Assembly: GCA_012295275.1 (NCBI GenBank)
Contig: CM022668.1
Coordinates: 10,416,001 to 10,480,000, forward strand
Source: Chrysomallon squamiferum
Lineage: Eukaryota > Animalia > Mollusca
DNA length: 64,000 bases
Direction: 5' to 3'
How positions within the stretch are numbered: position 1 is the first letter of the stretch; each line of letters opens with the position of its first letter. Made by a program: the position numbers and the translations under genes. Positions 1 to 15,000 of the stretch are shown piece by piece. The notes under the pieces were generated by a model. It was not told the origin of the DNA, ran no database searches, and worked only from the letters and a program-made list of their open reading frames with translations.

Positions 1-3000
1 GACACGTTCTCAGGACAAAGATCACTCCTGGTACGGTAATCATGTTTAAAAGTCTTTTATGTAACCTGCATGTTGGTTGATGGAACGTAGCCAAGTCTAT
101 TTCTATTGAATATTATATATTTATTCTGTGATACTTGCTTACATTGAAAACTAAGTAACAAACTAAGATAACTTATTTTAATAACTAAAAGCTTAGTTAG
201 AAAGTTGACGTAACTAACAGGGCTTAATTAGAACAATATCTATCAATGTTATTTGCATTTATATTATTTCGTGAGATTCTTTTGATTGATGTATATTTGA
301 TGCACAAAAAAATTACCCATATTCAATTCTTGTTTGCGTAATAATTCTCCAGTGGATACAGTTTAGTCATTTAGTAGTTTAATCTGTCTAAGATCGCTAA
401 CACCTTGTCACGTGAAGCTAGTATAGTCTGCTACCCTTTTGACAGGACGAGCCAACGTTAATGTATTAATACCAGTCAGGCTAGTAATCGTGACAGTAAT
501 GTCTTTGTATTCAATGCATGAGATTAAACTGATAAGTGTCATTCCGTGTGTATCTATACGGGGTCACCTCACTGTGCCCGCACATTTTGTTATATCTTAC
601 AGAAGCAGTCAAGAATGGCAAATGATAAAACAGTAGGGGATTACAGTATCGTTTATTTTCCAAAAGTCCAACAATGGACTGATAACATTTCACAGTCCGG
701 GAGACGGAATCAGAATATTCTATTTAATTCAATCACAGTATGTTTGTAATTTCGACCTTCGAACTTTGACATTTTTAGCTCATATTTCTGCAAAAGGTGA
801 ACCGACTTTTATAGTCTTGCTGGATATTACGACGTGATATCTGCAATTTAGTTTGAAGGTTCAAAACAGTTTAGCATTTATTTCATTTTCTGTATAATGT
901 GACACTGAATTGGTCTTCAGTCAGACGTTTAGAACTGTTAGTAAATAAGAAACAGATAATATTTAAAAAGAAAATCTCCATTCACTAATAACAAATTTTG
1001 AGTGTCAAACTCCACTATAATAACGTAAATTTACTGCTTTGTGGTAACAAAACAACAGTACAAAGTTTATTTTTATTTCGTTTTTTCCGTTTCGGACTGT
1101 ACTGTACCAACAACGGTAAAAACTGGATTATTTATAAGGGGAAATAATCTGTCGACAAAAAAGGAAATCAAAGTTCGAGAAGTACGTAGTAAACGATTCT
1201 TTTTCTAGCCAAGAAAAAGGTAAGAATAATTTAGTTGCCGTTACCATTGTAACTTCTACATTCGTAATTTCTACATTCATAAATGTTCTTGATCCACAAT
1301 TTTTAAAAATACGGAGCCATTTGTAATCAGTTCAGATGTTTACACTTCAAACAGGGAGGTATTAATACATACACCGAAATTTTATGTTTATAGCAATTGT
1401 CACAACAAAACTTCAAAAGTATATAATTAGTTACATGAAATTGTTTATATTCTAGTATGTTTAATATTTAGTAGTAACCTGTCTTCCGATTACAACATTG
1501 TACTGTAGTTCGGACTTGGGAAAACTTGTAAAGGCACGTTCACACTGTGTTCTCATTTCTAACGATTCAAGGACTTTTTCTTTCAGAGAAATTTAACGAA
1601 TATATATATTATTATTTCTTTTCTGTTTTATATTTTCTATCTTTTATTTTTTTATAATTTTTTTTATAATTTTTTTTTTCAGTTCTTTTTTGTTTTTTTT
1701 TTAATTGCTTTTTTTCTTATTTATGATATTCTAAACTGGATTTGTTATAGTTAATTATAAGTAATATCTATATATTCCAGGTCATTATGCTTGAGATAAA
1801 ACCGATGTCTCATTCTGCATGTATATATAGGTTCTACCCCGACATGTTCACACTTTCGACAAATTAAAAATCAAATCAAATCAACAAAAAAGAATAGTAT
1901 GCAAGTTTGTTTATGTCTCGAACGCCTAACTTTCAAACAGTATCTTAATTCAGTCAATACGTTTGTAATTTGGACTTTCTATTTTTGATATTTTTAGTTA
2001 AGTTGGACATTTTTAGTTAACAGTGTTCAGAGTCTGTTCTCTCAGCAAACGATGAAACGATTTTTATAGTGATGGTGTTGCTTGATGTTCAGACGCGATA
2101 TCTGAAATTTATTTTAAGGCTCATCATCTTTTGAGCTTTTGTTTAATCTTGTCGATAATGTGATATTGAACTGATCTTCAGTCAGACATTTAGAACTGTT
2201 ATTAAATAAGAATAGACAATTTTTAACAGAAAATCTCCATTCCCTAATAAGGAATTGTGTGTGTCATACTGCATATAATAATGTAATTACTGCTTTACTG
2301 TAACAAAACAACAGTACAAAATTTAGTTTTATTTCCTTTTAAACCGTTAACGGCTGTATGTACCAGCAGAAATGAGTAATTACGAATCCATCACTGGAGC
2401 CCTTCTGTGGGTCACCTTTATACCAGAAATGAATATCATTGTACCAACCAAACTACACAGAAAAGGAATAATTTACAACAACTACACAGAAAAGGAATAA
2501 TTTACAACAACAACAAAAAAATGTTAACCACTCACATTTTGTGAAATTCCCTGTTAACATAATCAACAGCTTTCTTTCTGCTCCACCCCCGTGTCTTTTC
2601 TCAGCACACAAGCGGCTTAAATGAATGTCTCAACAAAGAAAGTCAATGAATTTCTTTCCTTCAGTTTCATCTTTGATTTTAATTTTCATTGTCATTCTAG
2701 GGTAAAAATGCCAAGTTTCTCCACTGGCAAAACTAAAATGTTACAGAAATAAAAATGTAACTTTAACAAATTCAAATTTAAAAAAAAAAAAAAATTATAT
2801 ATTTAATAGTAATATTTTAAGAACACTTCAATAAAAAGGGTATTTTTTCTAATTTTACTGTTGTTATACAATCATCATTATAGTAATAATAATAATCATC
2901 ATCATTATTTTGTTTTCGTTATTACGATTATGGTTATTATTATTATCATCATGATCATTATCATCATCATCATCAACAACTTCGTGATTACTGTTATGAA

Positions 3001-6000
3001 AATCTACATGACCTTGCTATTAAGACTGGGTTATTTATAAAGGGAAATAATCTGTGAACAAAAAAGGAAATGTAAGTTCGAAAAGTACTCAGTAAACGAT
3101 TCTGTTTTTTAGTCTAGAAAAAGGTCAGTATAATTTATTTACCGTTATCTTTGTAACTTCTACATTCGTAATTTCTACTTTCATAAATGATGTTCATCTA
3201 GAATTTTTAAATTACGGAGTTATTTGTATACCATTCAGATGTTTACCCTTGAAACAGGGAAGTATTAATATATATACCGAAACTTAATGCTTATTTCTTT
3301 TTTTTTTCTTTTTTTTTCTTTTTGTTTTGTTGTTGTTTTGTTGTTTTGTTTTTATGTTTTTCTTTTTTTAAACTGGATTTGTTATAGTTAATTATACGTA
3401 ATATGTATGTATCAGAGGTAAGAATGCATGAGATAAAAACCGATAAGTGTCATTCCGAGTGTATCTCTTCACTCACAGTTTGTATCCCGACATGTTCACA
3501 CTTCTGACAAATTAAAAATAAAATAAAATTGAATAAAATTAATAATTTAAAATAAATAGTATACAAGTTTGTTTATGGTCTTAAATGCCTGAATTTCCAA
3601 AAAGTATCTTAATTGAATCAATACGTTTGTAATTTGGACTTTCAAACTGATATTTTTTTTTTTTTCTAATTTTATTATTGTTATATAATCGTTGTTATCG
3701 TTTTTTAAAACCTAACAATTTTTAAAATACGGAGATATTTGTATTCCGTTCAGATGTTAACCATTGAAAAAGGGAAGTATTAATAGATACATCCAAACTT
3801 TATTTTTATAGAACTGTCACAACAAAATGCCATTATCTATATAAAATGGTTATCTTTTTATGTTTAATATTTACTAGCAGTCTGTCTTCCGATTACAAAT
3901 TTGTACAATAGTTCGGACTTGAAAAAGCTCATAAAGGCATGTTCTCACGGTGCGATAATTTCTAACGACTCAAGGTCTTTCTTATTTAAGCTATTTACCA
4001 GATTTTTATTTATTTTTATATTTTTTATATAATAATTTTCTTTTTTAAGATTTGTTTTATTTTATTCATTCATTTTTTTATTATTATTATTATTCTTTTC
4101 TTTCCCAATCAGGATTTGTTTCTATTTAATTATATGTAATTGTGTCGGAATCTCGTCAGTTTCTCTTTGTCAGACTTCTTTTTTATGATAATGTTGTATT
4201 CTATCAGTGAGTTATTTTGGTAAAACTCTTATTTTTATATTCCGATTTAAAGCAGAATGACTGCTACATTTTGTTTTAAGTATATTATTATATTAAAGTA
4301 ATAGTTATGAAGCTAATGCGTATAATCATGTTTACAAATTCACATTTTTACAGTTCATCAATGTTTAGCTATTTAATGTCGCAATATGGTGATAACAACA
4401 CAAAACTACTTGAACCATTTAACGCATTTTTATTTGTCTTCTTTATCATTATTACTATAACTATTATAATCATCACCTGATTCACTATTTTTATTATCAT
4501 TATTATGATAATGGTTGTTAGTGTTGTTATTCTTATTGTGATAACTAAACAGCAGAGAGCATGGGAGCCATATATATTATGGCGCGTATTTTAACGAGGA
4601 TCTTTTGATCAGTGCGCAGTCTTGCGACACGTTCTCAGGACAAAGATCACTCCTGGTACGGTAATCATGTTTAAAAGTCTTTTATGTAACCTGCATGTTG
4701 GTTGATGGAACGTAGCCAAGTCTATTTCTATTGAATATTATATATTTATTCTGTGATACTTGCTTACATTGAAAACTAAGTAACAAACTAAGATAACTTA
4801 TTTTAATAACTAAAAGCTTAGTTAGAAAGTTGACGTAACTAACAGGGCTTAATTAGAACAATATCTATCAATGTTATTTGCATTTATATTATTTCGTGAG
4901 ATTCTTTTGATTGATGTATATTTGATGCACAAAAAAATTACCCATATTCAATTCTTGTTTGCGTAATAATTCTCCAGTGGATACAGTTTAGTCATTTAGT
5001 AGTTTAATCTGTCTAAGATCGCTAACACCTTGTCACGTGAAGCTAGTATAGTCTCTGCTACCCTTTTGACAGGACGAGCCAACGTTAATGTATTAATACC
5101 AGTCAGGCTAGTAATCGTGACAGTAATGTCTTTGTATTCAATGCATGAGATTAAACTGATAAGTGTCATTCCGTGTGTATCTATACGGGGTCACCTCACT
5201 GTGCCCGCACATTTTGTTATATCTTACAGAAGCAGTCAAGAATGGCAAATGATAAAACAGTAGGGGATTACAGTATCGTTTATTTTCCAAAAGTCCAACA
5301 ATGGACTGATAACATTTCACAGTCCGGGAGACGGAATCAGAATATTCTATTTAATTCAATCACAGTATGTTTGTAATTTCGACCTTCGAACTTTGACATT
5401 TTTAGCTCATATTTCTGCAAAAGGTGAACCGACTTTTATAGTCTTGCTGGATATTACGACGTGATATCTGCAATTTAGTTTGAAGGTTCAAAACAGTTTA
5501 GCATTTATTTCATTTTCTGTATAATGTGACACTGAATTGGTCTTCAGTCAGACGTTTAGAACTGTTAGTAAATAAGAAACAGATAATATTTAAAAAGAAA
5601 ATCTCCATTCACTAATAACAAATTTTGAGTGTCAAACTCCACTATAATAACGTAAATTTACTGCTTTGTGGTAACAAAACAACAGTACAAAGTTTATTTT
5701 TATTTCGTTTTTTCCGTTTCGGACTGTACTGTACCAACAACGGTAAAAACTGGATTATTTATAAGGGGAAATAATCTGTCGACAAAAAAGGAAATCAAAG
5801 TTCGAGAAGTACGTAGTAAACGATTCTTTTTCTAGCCAAGAAAAAGGTAAGAATAATTTAGTTGCCGTTACCATTGTAACTTCTACATTCGTAATTTCTA
5901 CATTCATAAATGTTCTTGATCCACAATTTTTAAAAATACGGAGCCATTTGTAATCAGTTCAGATGTTTACACTTCAAACAGGGAGGTATTAATACATACA

Positions 6001-9000
6001 CCGAAATTTTATGTTTATAGCAATTGTCACAACAAAAATTCAAAAGTATATAATTAGTTACATGAAATTGTTTATATTCTAGTATGTTTAATATTTAGTA
6101 GTAACCTGTCTTCCGATTACAACATTGTACTGTAGTTCGGACTTGGGAAAACTTGTAAAGGCACGTTCACACTGTGTTCTCATTTCTAACGATTCAAGGA
6201 CTTTTTCTTTCAGAGAAATTTAACGAATATATATATTATTATTTCTTTTCTGTTTTATATTTTCTATCTTTTATTTTTTTATAATTTTTTTTATAATTTT
6301 TTTTTTCAGTTCTTTTTTGTTTTTTTTTTTAATTGCTTTTTTTCTTATTTATGATATTCTAAACTGGATTTGTTATAGTTAATTATAAGTAATATCTATA
6401 TATTCCAGGTCATTATGCTTGAGATAAAACCGATGTCTCATTCTGCATGTATATATAGGTTCTACCCCGACATGTTCACACTTTCGACAAATTAAAAATC
6501 AAATCAAATCAACAAAAAAGAATAGTATGCAAGTTTGTTTATGTCTCGAACGCCTAACTTTCAAACAGTATCTTAATTCAGTCAATACGTTTGTAATTTG
6601 GACTTTCTATTTTTGATATTTTTAGTTAAGTTGGACATTTTTAGTTAACAGTGTTCAGAGTCTGTTCTCTCAGCAAACGATGAAACGATTTTTATAGTGA
6701 TGGTGTTGCTTGATGTTCAGACGCGATATCTGAAATTTATTTTAAGGCTCATCATCTTTTGAGCTTTTGTTTAATCTTGTCGATAATGTGATCTTGAACT
6801 GATCTTCAGTCAGACATTTAGAACTGTTATTAAATAAGAAATAGACAATTTTTAACAGAAAATCTCCATTCACTAATAAGGAATTTTGTGTGTCAGACTG
6901 CATATAATAATGTAATTACTGCTTTACTGTAACAAAACAACAGTACAAAATTTAGTTTTATTTCGTTTTTAACCGTTAACGGCTGTATGTACCAGCAGAA
7001 CTGAATAATTACGAAGCCATCACTGGAGCCCTTCTGTGGGTCTCCTTTATACAAGAAATGAATATCATTGTACCAACCAAACTACACAGAAAAGGAATAA
7101 TTTACAACAACTACACAGAAAGGAATAATTTACAACAACAACAAAAAATGTTAACCACTCACATTTTGTGAAATTCCCTGTTAACATAATCAGCTTTCTT
7201 TCTTTCCGTGTCTTTTTCTCACCCAAGCGGCTTAAATTTGTCTCAACAAAAAGAAAAAATTTCTTTCCTTCAGTTTCATCTTTGATTTTAATTTTCATTG
7301 TCATTCTAGGGTAAATTATTTTCTCCACTTAAAAACAAAATGTAACTTTAACAAATTCAAAATTAAAAAAAAAAAAAATTTATTTAATTTTATTTTAAGA
7401 ACACTTCCTAAAAATGGTATTTTTTCTAATTTTACTTTGTTATATAATCATCATTATAGTTATTATAATAATAATCATCGTTACTTTTATTTTCATTATT
7501 ACGATGATGGTTATTATTGCTATCATCATATTTACCAACGTCGTCATTACTGTTATTAAAACCTACATGACTATGCTATTAAGACTGGGTTATTTCTAAA
7601 GGGAAATAATCTGTGAACAAAAAAGGAAATGTAAGTTAGAGAAGTACTTAATAAACGATTCTGTTTTTTAGTCTAGAAAAAGGTCAGTATAATTTATTTA
7701 CCGTTATCTTTGTAACTTCTACATTCGTAATTTCTACTTTCATAAATGATTTTCATCGAGAATTTTTAAAATACGGAGGTATTTGTATTCCATTCAGATG
7801 TTTACCCTTGAAACAGGGAAGTATTAATATATATACCGAAACTTTATGCTTATTTCTTTTTTTTTTTTTTTTTTTTTCTTTTTGTTTTGTTTTGTTGTTG
7901 TTTTGTTCTTTTTGTTTTTATGTTTTTCTTTTTCTAAACTGGATTTGTTATAGTTAATTATACGTAATATGTATGTATCAGAGGTAAGAGTGCATGAGAT
8001 AAAAACCGATAAGTGTCATTCCGAGTGTATCTCTTCACTCACAGGTTGTATCCCGACACGTTCACACTTCTGACAAATTAAAAATAAAATAAAATTGAAT
8101 AAAATTAATAATTTAAAATAAATAGTATACAAGTTTGTTTATGGTCTTAAACGCCTGAATTTCCAAAAAGTATCTTAATTGAATCAATAAGTTTGTAATT
8201 TGGACTTTCAAACTGATATTTTTTTTTTCTAATTTTATTATTGTGATATAATCGTTGTTATCGTTTTTTAAAACGTAACAATTTTTAAAATACGGAGATA
8301 TTTGTATTCCGTTCAGATGTTAACCATTGAAACAGGGAAGTATTAATAGATACATCCAAACTTTATTTTTATAGAACTGTCACAACAAAATGCCATTATC
8401 TATATAAAATGGTTATCTTTTTATGTTTAATATTTACTAGCAGTCTGTCTTCCGATTACAAATTTGTACAATAGTTCGGACTTGAAAAAGCTGATAAAGG
8501 CATGTTCACACGGTGCGATAATTTCTAACGACTCAAGGTCTTTTTTATTTAAGCTATTTACCAGATTTTTATTTACTTTTATATCTTTTATATAATATTT
8601 TTCTTTTTTAAGATTTGTTTTATTTTATTCATTTATTTTTTATTATTATTTTTTTTTTCCCCATACAGGATTTGTTTCTATTTAATTATATGTAATTGTG
8701 ACGGAATCTCATCAGTTTCTCTTTGCCAGACTTCTTTTTTATGATACTGTTGTATTCTATCTCGTGAGTTATTTTGGTAAAACTCTTCTTTTTATATTCC
8801 GATTTAAAGCAGAATGACTGCTACATTTTGTTTTAAGTATATTATTATATTACAGTAATAGTTATAAAGCTAATGCGTATAATCATGTTTACAAATTCAC
8901 ATTTTTACAGTTCATCAATGTTTAGCTAATTAATTTCGGAATATGGTGATAACAACACAAAACTACTCCAGGCATTTAAAGTATTTTTATTTGTCTTCTT

Positions 9001-12000
9001 TACCATTATTATTATCGCTCTTATAATCATCACCATCTTCACTATTTTTATTATCATTATCATGATAATGCTTGTTATTGTTATTATTATTATTGTGATA
9101 ACTAAACAGCAGAGCCCATGGGAACCATATATATTTGGCTCGTATTTTAACGACGATCTTTTGTTCATTGCGACACGTTGTCAGAACAAAGATCACTCAT
9201 GGTACGGTAATCATGTTTAAATATCTTTTATGTAACCTACCTTTTGGCTGATGGAACGTAGCCAAGTCTATTTCTGTTGAATATTATATAGAGTTATTCT
9301 GTGATACTTGCTTACATTGAAAACTAAGTAACAAACTAAGATAACTTATTTTAATAACTAAAAGCTTAGTTAGAAAGTTGACGTAACTAACAGGGCTTAA
9401 TTAGAACAGTATCTATCAAGTTTATTTGCATTTATATTATCTCGTGAGATTCTTTCGATTGAAGTATATTTGATAAACAAAGAAATTACCCATATTCAAT
9501 TCTTATTTGCGTTATTATTCTCCAGTGGATATAGTCTAGTCATTTAGTAGTTTAATCTGTCTAAGATCGCTAACACCATGTCACGTGAAGCTAGTATAGT
9601 CTGCTAACCTTTTGACAGGACGAGCCAACGTTAAGGTATTAATACCAGTCAGACTAGTAACCGTGACAGTAATGTCTATGTATTCAATGCATGAGATTAA
9701 ACTGATAAGTGTCATTCCGTGTGTATCGCCTCGCTGTGCTATCACATATTGTTATATGATCTTACAGAAGCAGTCAAGAATAGCAAATGATTAAACAGTA
9801 GGGGATTACAGTATTGTTTATTTTACAAAAGTTTATTTTCCAACAATGGACTGATAACATTTCACAGTCCGGGAGTCGGAATCCGAATATTCTATTTAAT
9901 TCAATCACAGTATGTTTGTAATTTGGACCTTCGAACTTTGACATTTTTGGCTGATATCTCTGCAAAAGGTGAACCAATTTTTGTAGTGTTGTTGGATATT
10001 ACGAGGTGGTATCTGCAATTTAGTTTGAAGGTTCATAACCGTTTGGCCTTTATTTCATCTTGTGGATAATGTGACACTGAATTGGTCTTCAGTCAGACGT
10101 TTAGAACTGTTATTAAATGAGAAATAAATAATATTAAAAAAGAATATCTCCAATGAATAATAACAAATTCTGAGTGTCAAACTCCACTATAATAATGTAA
10201 ATTTTCTGCTTTGTGGTAACAAAACAACAGTACAAAGTTTATTATTATTTCGTTTTCTCCGTTTTGGACTGTATTGTACCAGCAACGGTAAAAACTGGAT
10301 TATTTATAAGGGGAAATAATCTGTCGACAAAAAAGGAAATCAAAATTCGAGAAGTACGTAGTAAACGATTCTTTTTCTAGCCAAGAAAAAGGTAAGAATA
10401 ATTTAGTTGCCGTTACCATTGTAACTTCTACATTCGTAATTTCTACATTCATAAATGTTCTTGATCCACAATTTTTAAAAATACGGAGCCATTTGTAATC
10501 CGTTCAGATGTTTACACTTCAAACAGGGAGGTATTAATACATACACCGAAATTTTATGTTTATAGCAATTGTCACAACAAAACTTCAAAAGTATATAATT
10601 AGTTACATGAAACTGTTTATATTCTAGTATGTTTAATATTTAGTAGTAACCTGTCTTCCGATTACAACATTGTACTGTAGTTCGGACTTGGGAAAACTTG
10701 TAAAGGCACGTTCACACTGTGTTCTCATTTCTAACGATTCAAGGACTTTTTCTTTCAGAGAAATTTAACGAATATATATATTATTATTTCTTTTCTGTTT
10801 TATATTTTCTATCTTTTAATTTTTTATAATTTTCTTTTTATTTATTTTTTTTGGATTTTTTTTTTTTTTTTTTTTTTTCTTTTTTTTTTGCTATTTTTGT
10901 TATTCTAAACTGGATTTGTTAAAGTTAAATATAAGTAATATCTATATATTCCAGGTAATTATGCTTGAGATAAAACCGATGTGTCATTCTGCATGTAAAT
11001 ATTCACTCAGAGGTTCTACCCGACATGTTCACACTTTTGACAAATTAAGAATCAAATCAAATCAATAAAAAAAAATAGTATGCAAGTTTGTTTATGTCTC
11101 GAACGCCTAAATTTCAAACAGTATCTTAATTCAGTCAATACGTTTGTAATTTGGACTTTCTATTTTTGATATTTTTAGTTAAGTTGGACATTTTTAGTTA
11201 ACAGTTTTCAGAGTCTGTTCTCTCAGCAAACGATGAAACAATTTTTATAGTGATGGTGTTGCTTGATATTCAGACGCGGTATCTGAAATTTATTTTAAGG
11301 CTCATCATCTTTTGACCTTTTGTTTAATCTTGTCGATAATGTGATATTGAACTGATATTCAGTCAGACATTTAGAACTGTTATTAAATAAGAAATAGATC
11401 ATTTTTAACAGAAAATCTCCATTCACTACTAAGGAATTTTGTGTGTCATACTGCATATAATAATGTAATTTCTGCTTTACTGTAACAAAATAGCAGTACA
11501 AAATTTAGTTTTATTTAGTTTTTAACCGTTAACGGCTGTATGTACCAGCAGAACTGAATAATTAGGAAGTCATCACTGGAGCCCTTCTGTGGGTCTCCTT
11601 TATAACAGCCATGAAAATGATTGTACCAAACGAATTACTCAGCAAAGGAAGGAGTAATTTACAACAACAACAACAACAGAATGTTAACCACTCACATTTT
11701 ATGAAATTCCCTGTTAACATAATCAACAGCTTTCTTTCTGCTGAATCCAGCGTTTTTTCTCAGCACACAAGCGGAACAAAGAAAGTCAATGATTTTCATT
11801 CTTTCAGTTTCACCTTTAGATTTGTCTTCCATTGTTTGGCAAAAATACCAAGTTTCTCCATTCATAAAACTAAAATATTACAAACGAAAAGAATAATTAT
11901 ATTTTCTTTTACAAATTAAAAAATATAATGATTTATTTTAAGACTTATTAAGAACAGTTCTCAAAAATTTATATTTTTTCTAATTTTATTATTCTTATAT

Positions 12001-15000
12001 AATCATGATTATCGTTATAATACTCACAATCATTATCATTTTCATCATAATTTTTACTATGATGGTTATTATTATTATTATTATTATCATCATCATCATT
12101 ATCATTATTATCATCATGAGTAGAATCATCATAACCTACATAAAAATGCTATTAAGACTGGGTATAAGGGGAAACAATCTGTGAACAAAGAACGAAATGA
12201 AAGTTCGAGAAGAACTTAGTAAACGATTGTGTTTTCACTTAAGAAAAAGGTGAGAATAATTTAGTTACCGTTACTTTTGTAACACTTGGGGTAATTTCTA
12301 CATTCGTAAACATTCTTGATCCACAATTTTTAGAATATGGAGGTATTTCGATTTATCAGTTCAGTGATTTATATTTGAACGCCAAGAACACGGAAGTATT
12401 AATAGATATACCGAAACGTTATGTTTATAACAACTGTCGAAAGAAAATGTAATCAGGTGCATAAAACAGTTTATATTCTACTAGGTACTCTTTTTATATT
12501 TAATATTTAGTAGTAAACTGTCTTCCGATTACAACTTTGTACCGTAGTTCTCACTTGGGAAATATTGTAAGGGCACGTTCATAATTTCTAACTATTCGAG
12601 GACTTTTTTACTTTGAGCCATTTAACGAATTTTTATTTATTTTTATGTCTTATGTTTCTTTTCTATTTCATACATATATATAATTTTCATATATATATAT
12701 ATATTGTTTTTGCTTTTCTAAATTGGATTTGTTATAGTTAATTGTACATAATATCTATGTATCCCAGGTAAGTATGCATGAGATGAAAACCGATAAGTGT
12801 CATTCCGTGTGTATCTCTTCACTCACAGTTTGTATCCCGACATCTTCACACTTTAGACAAACTAAAATTAAAACAAACTAAAATAAAATTGAATTAAATA
12901 AAATTAATCATTTAAAAGAAATACTATACATTTTCTTATGCCTCACACGCCTAAATTTCAAATATTATTTTAACTGAATCAATACGTTAGTAATCTGAAC
13001 CTTCAAACTACGATATTTTTAGTTAAAATGGACATATTTAATTAACAGTTTTCAGAGTCTGTTATCTCAGCAAAAGATGAAACAATTTGAATAGTAATGG
13101 ATATTAGGAAGCGATATCTGAAAATTATTTTAATCTTCATCATCTTTTGATCTTTTGTTTAATGTTGTCAATAATGTGACATTGATCTGATCTTAAGTCA
13201 GACATATAGAACTGTTATTTAATAAGAAAGAGATCATTTTCAACAAAATATCTCCAAACTCTAATAGGGAATTTTCAGTGTCATACTGCACTATAATAAT
13301 GTAATTACTGCTTTGTTGTAACAAAACAACAAATACAAAATTTAGTTGTATTTAGTTTTTACCGTTATTGCCTGTATGTACCAGTTCCACTGAGTAATTA
13401 CGAAGTCATCACTGGAGCGGTTTGTCGGACTGTTTTATAGCAGACATGAAAATCATTGTACCAACCAAACTACACAGCGGGGAATAATTTACAACAACAA
13501 CAACAAAATGTTAACAACTCACATTTTATGCAATTCCCTGTTAACATAATCAGTAGCATTCTTTATACTCTATCCCCGCATCTTTTCTCAGGAATCAAGC
13601 GACTTAAATCAATGTTTCAACAAAGAATGTCAATGATTTTCATTCTTTCAGTTTCATCTTTAATTTTAACTTTCATTGTAATTGTGAGGTACAGATATCA
13701 ATTTCCACTACTGACAAAACTAAACATGTTACAATAAATAATATATATGTTTTATTTTTTTAACAAATTCAGAATTGAAAAAATAACGGATTACTTAATA
13801 CTTAATATGTTAAACAGGTTTTAAAAGATGTATATTTTTCTAATATAATTATTGTCATATAATTATGATTACGTTATAATAATCACAATCATCATTATTT
13901 TTATTATAATTATGGTTATTATTATTATTACAATTATTTTTATTATTATTATTATCATCATCATCATTATTATTATCATCATAACATACATAAAAATGCG
14001 ATTAAGCCTGGGTTGTTTATACGGGGAAATAATTTGTCAACAAAAAAAGAAATGAACGTTCGAGATCGTGTTTTTACTCAAGAAAAAGATGAGAATAATT
14101 TAGTTACCATTACCTTTGTAACACTCGTGGTAATTTCTATATTCGTAAATATTCTTGATCAACAATTTTTAAAATACGGAGCTGTTTATATTCCGTTCAG
14201 ATGTTTACCCTTGAAACAGGGAAGTATTAATAGATACAGTCAAACCTTATCTTTAGAACAACTGTCACAACAAAATGTAATTATGTATATCAAATGGTTA
14301 TCTTTTTATGTTTAATATTTACTAGCAGTCTGTCTTCCGATTACAGGTTTGTATGTAGTTCTGACTTGAAAAAGCTTATAAAGGCATGTTCTCACGGTGT
14401 AATAATTTCTAACGACTCAAGGTCTTTCTTATTTAAGTTATTTACCGGATTTTTATTTATTTTTATATCTTTTATATCTTTTCGTTTTTAAGATTTGTTT
14501 TACTTTATTCATTTATATTTTTTTATTATTATTCTTTTTTTTTCCCATACGGGATTTGTTTGTATTTAACTATATGTGACAGAATCTCGTTAGTTTCTCT
14601 TTGCCAGATTTGTTTTTAATAATAATTTAGTATTTAAAGCAGAATGACTGCTACGTTTTATATTAAGTATATTATTATATTACAGTAATAGTTATCAAGC
14701 TGTAGCGTATAATCATGTTTACAAATTCACATTTTTACAGTTCTTCAAAGTTTAGCTAATTAATGTCGGAATATGGTGACAACAACACAAAACTACTTCA
14801 CCCATTTAACGGATTTTTATTTATTTTTTATCATTGTCATTATCGTTGTTATAATCATAACCGTCTTCTCTATTTTTATTATCATTATTATGATAATGGT
14901 TGTTAGTGTTGTTATTATTATTGTGGTGACTAAACAGCAGAGAGTATGCGAGCCATATATATCTCGGCGCATATTCAATTCTTGTTTGCGTTATTATTCT

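Noticed and set aside
439-749. Short ORFs repeated at 5030-5376, 9612-9794 and 15015-15224
   Set aside because: Recurrence reflects the DNA repeat; non-ATG starts, no domain, and frames not kept in diverged copies.
9920-10070. KGEPIFVVLLDI in the repeat monomer resembling a LINE reverse-transcriptase or Walker B motif
   Set aside because: No following SKAFD or other RT/NTPase motifs; too short to support.
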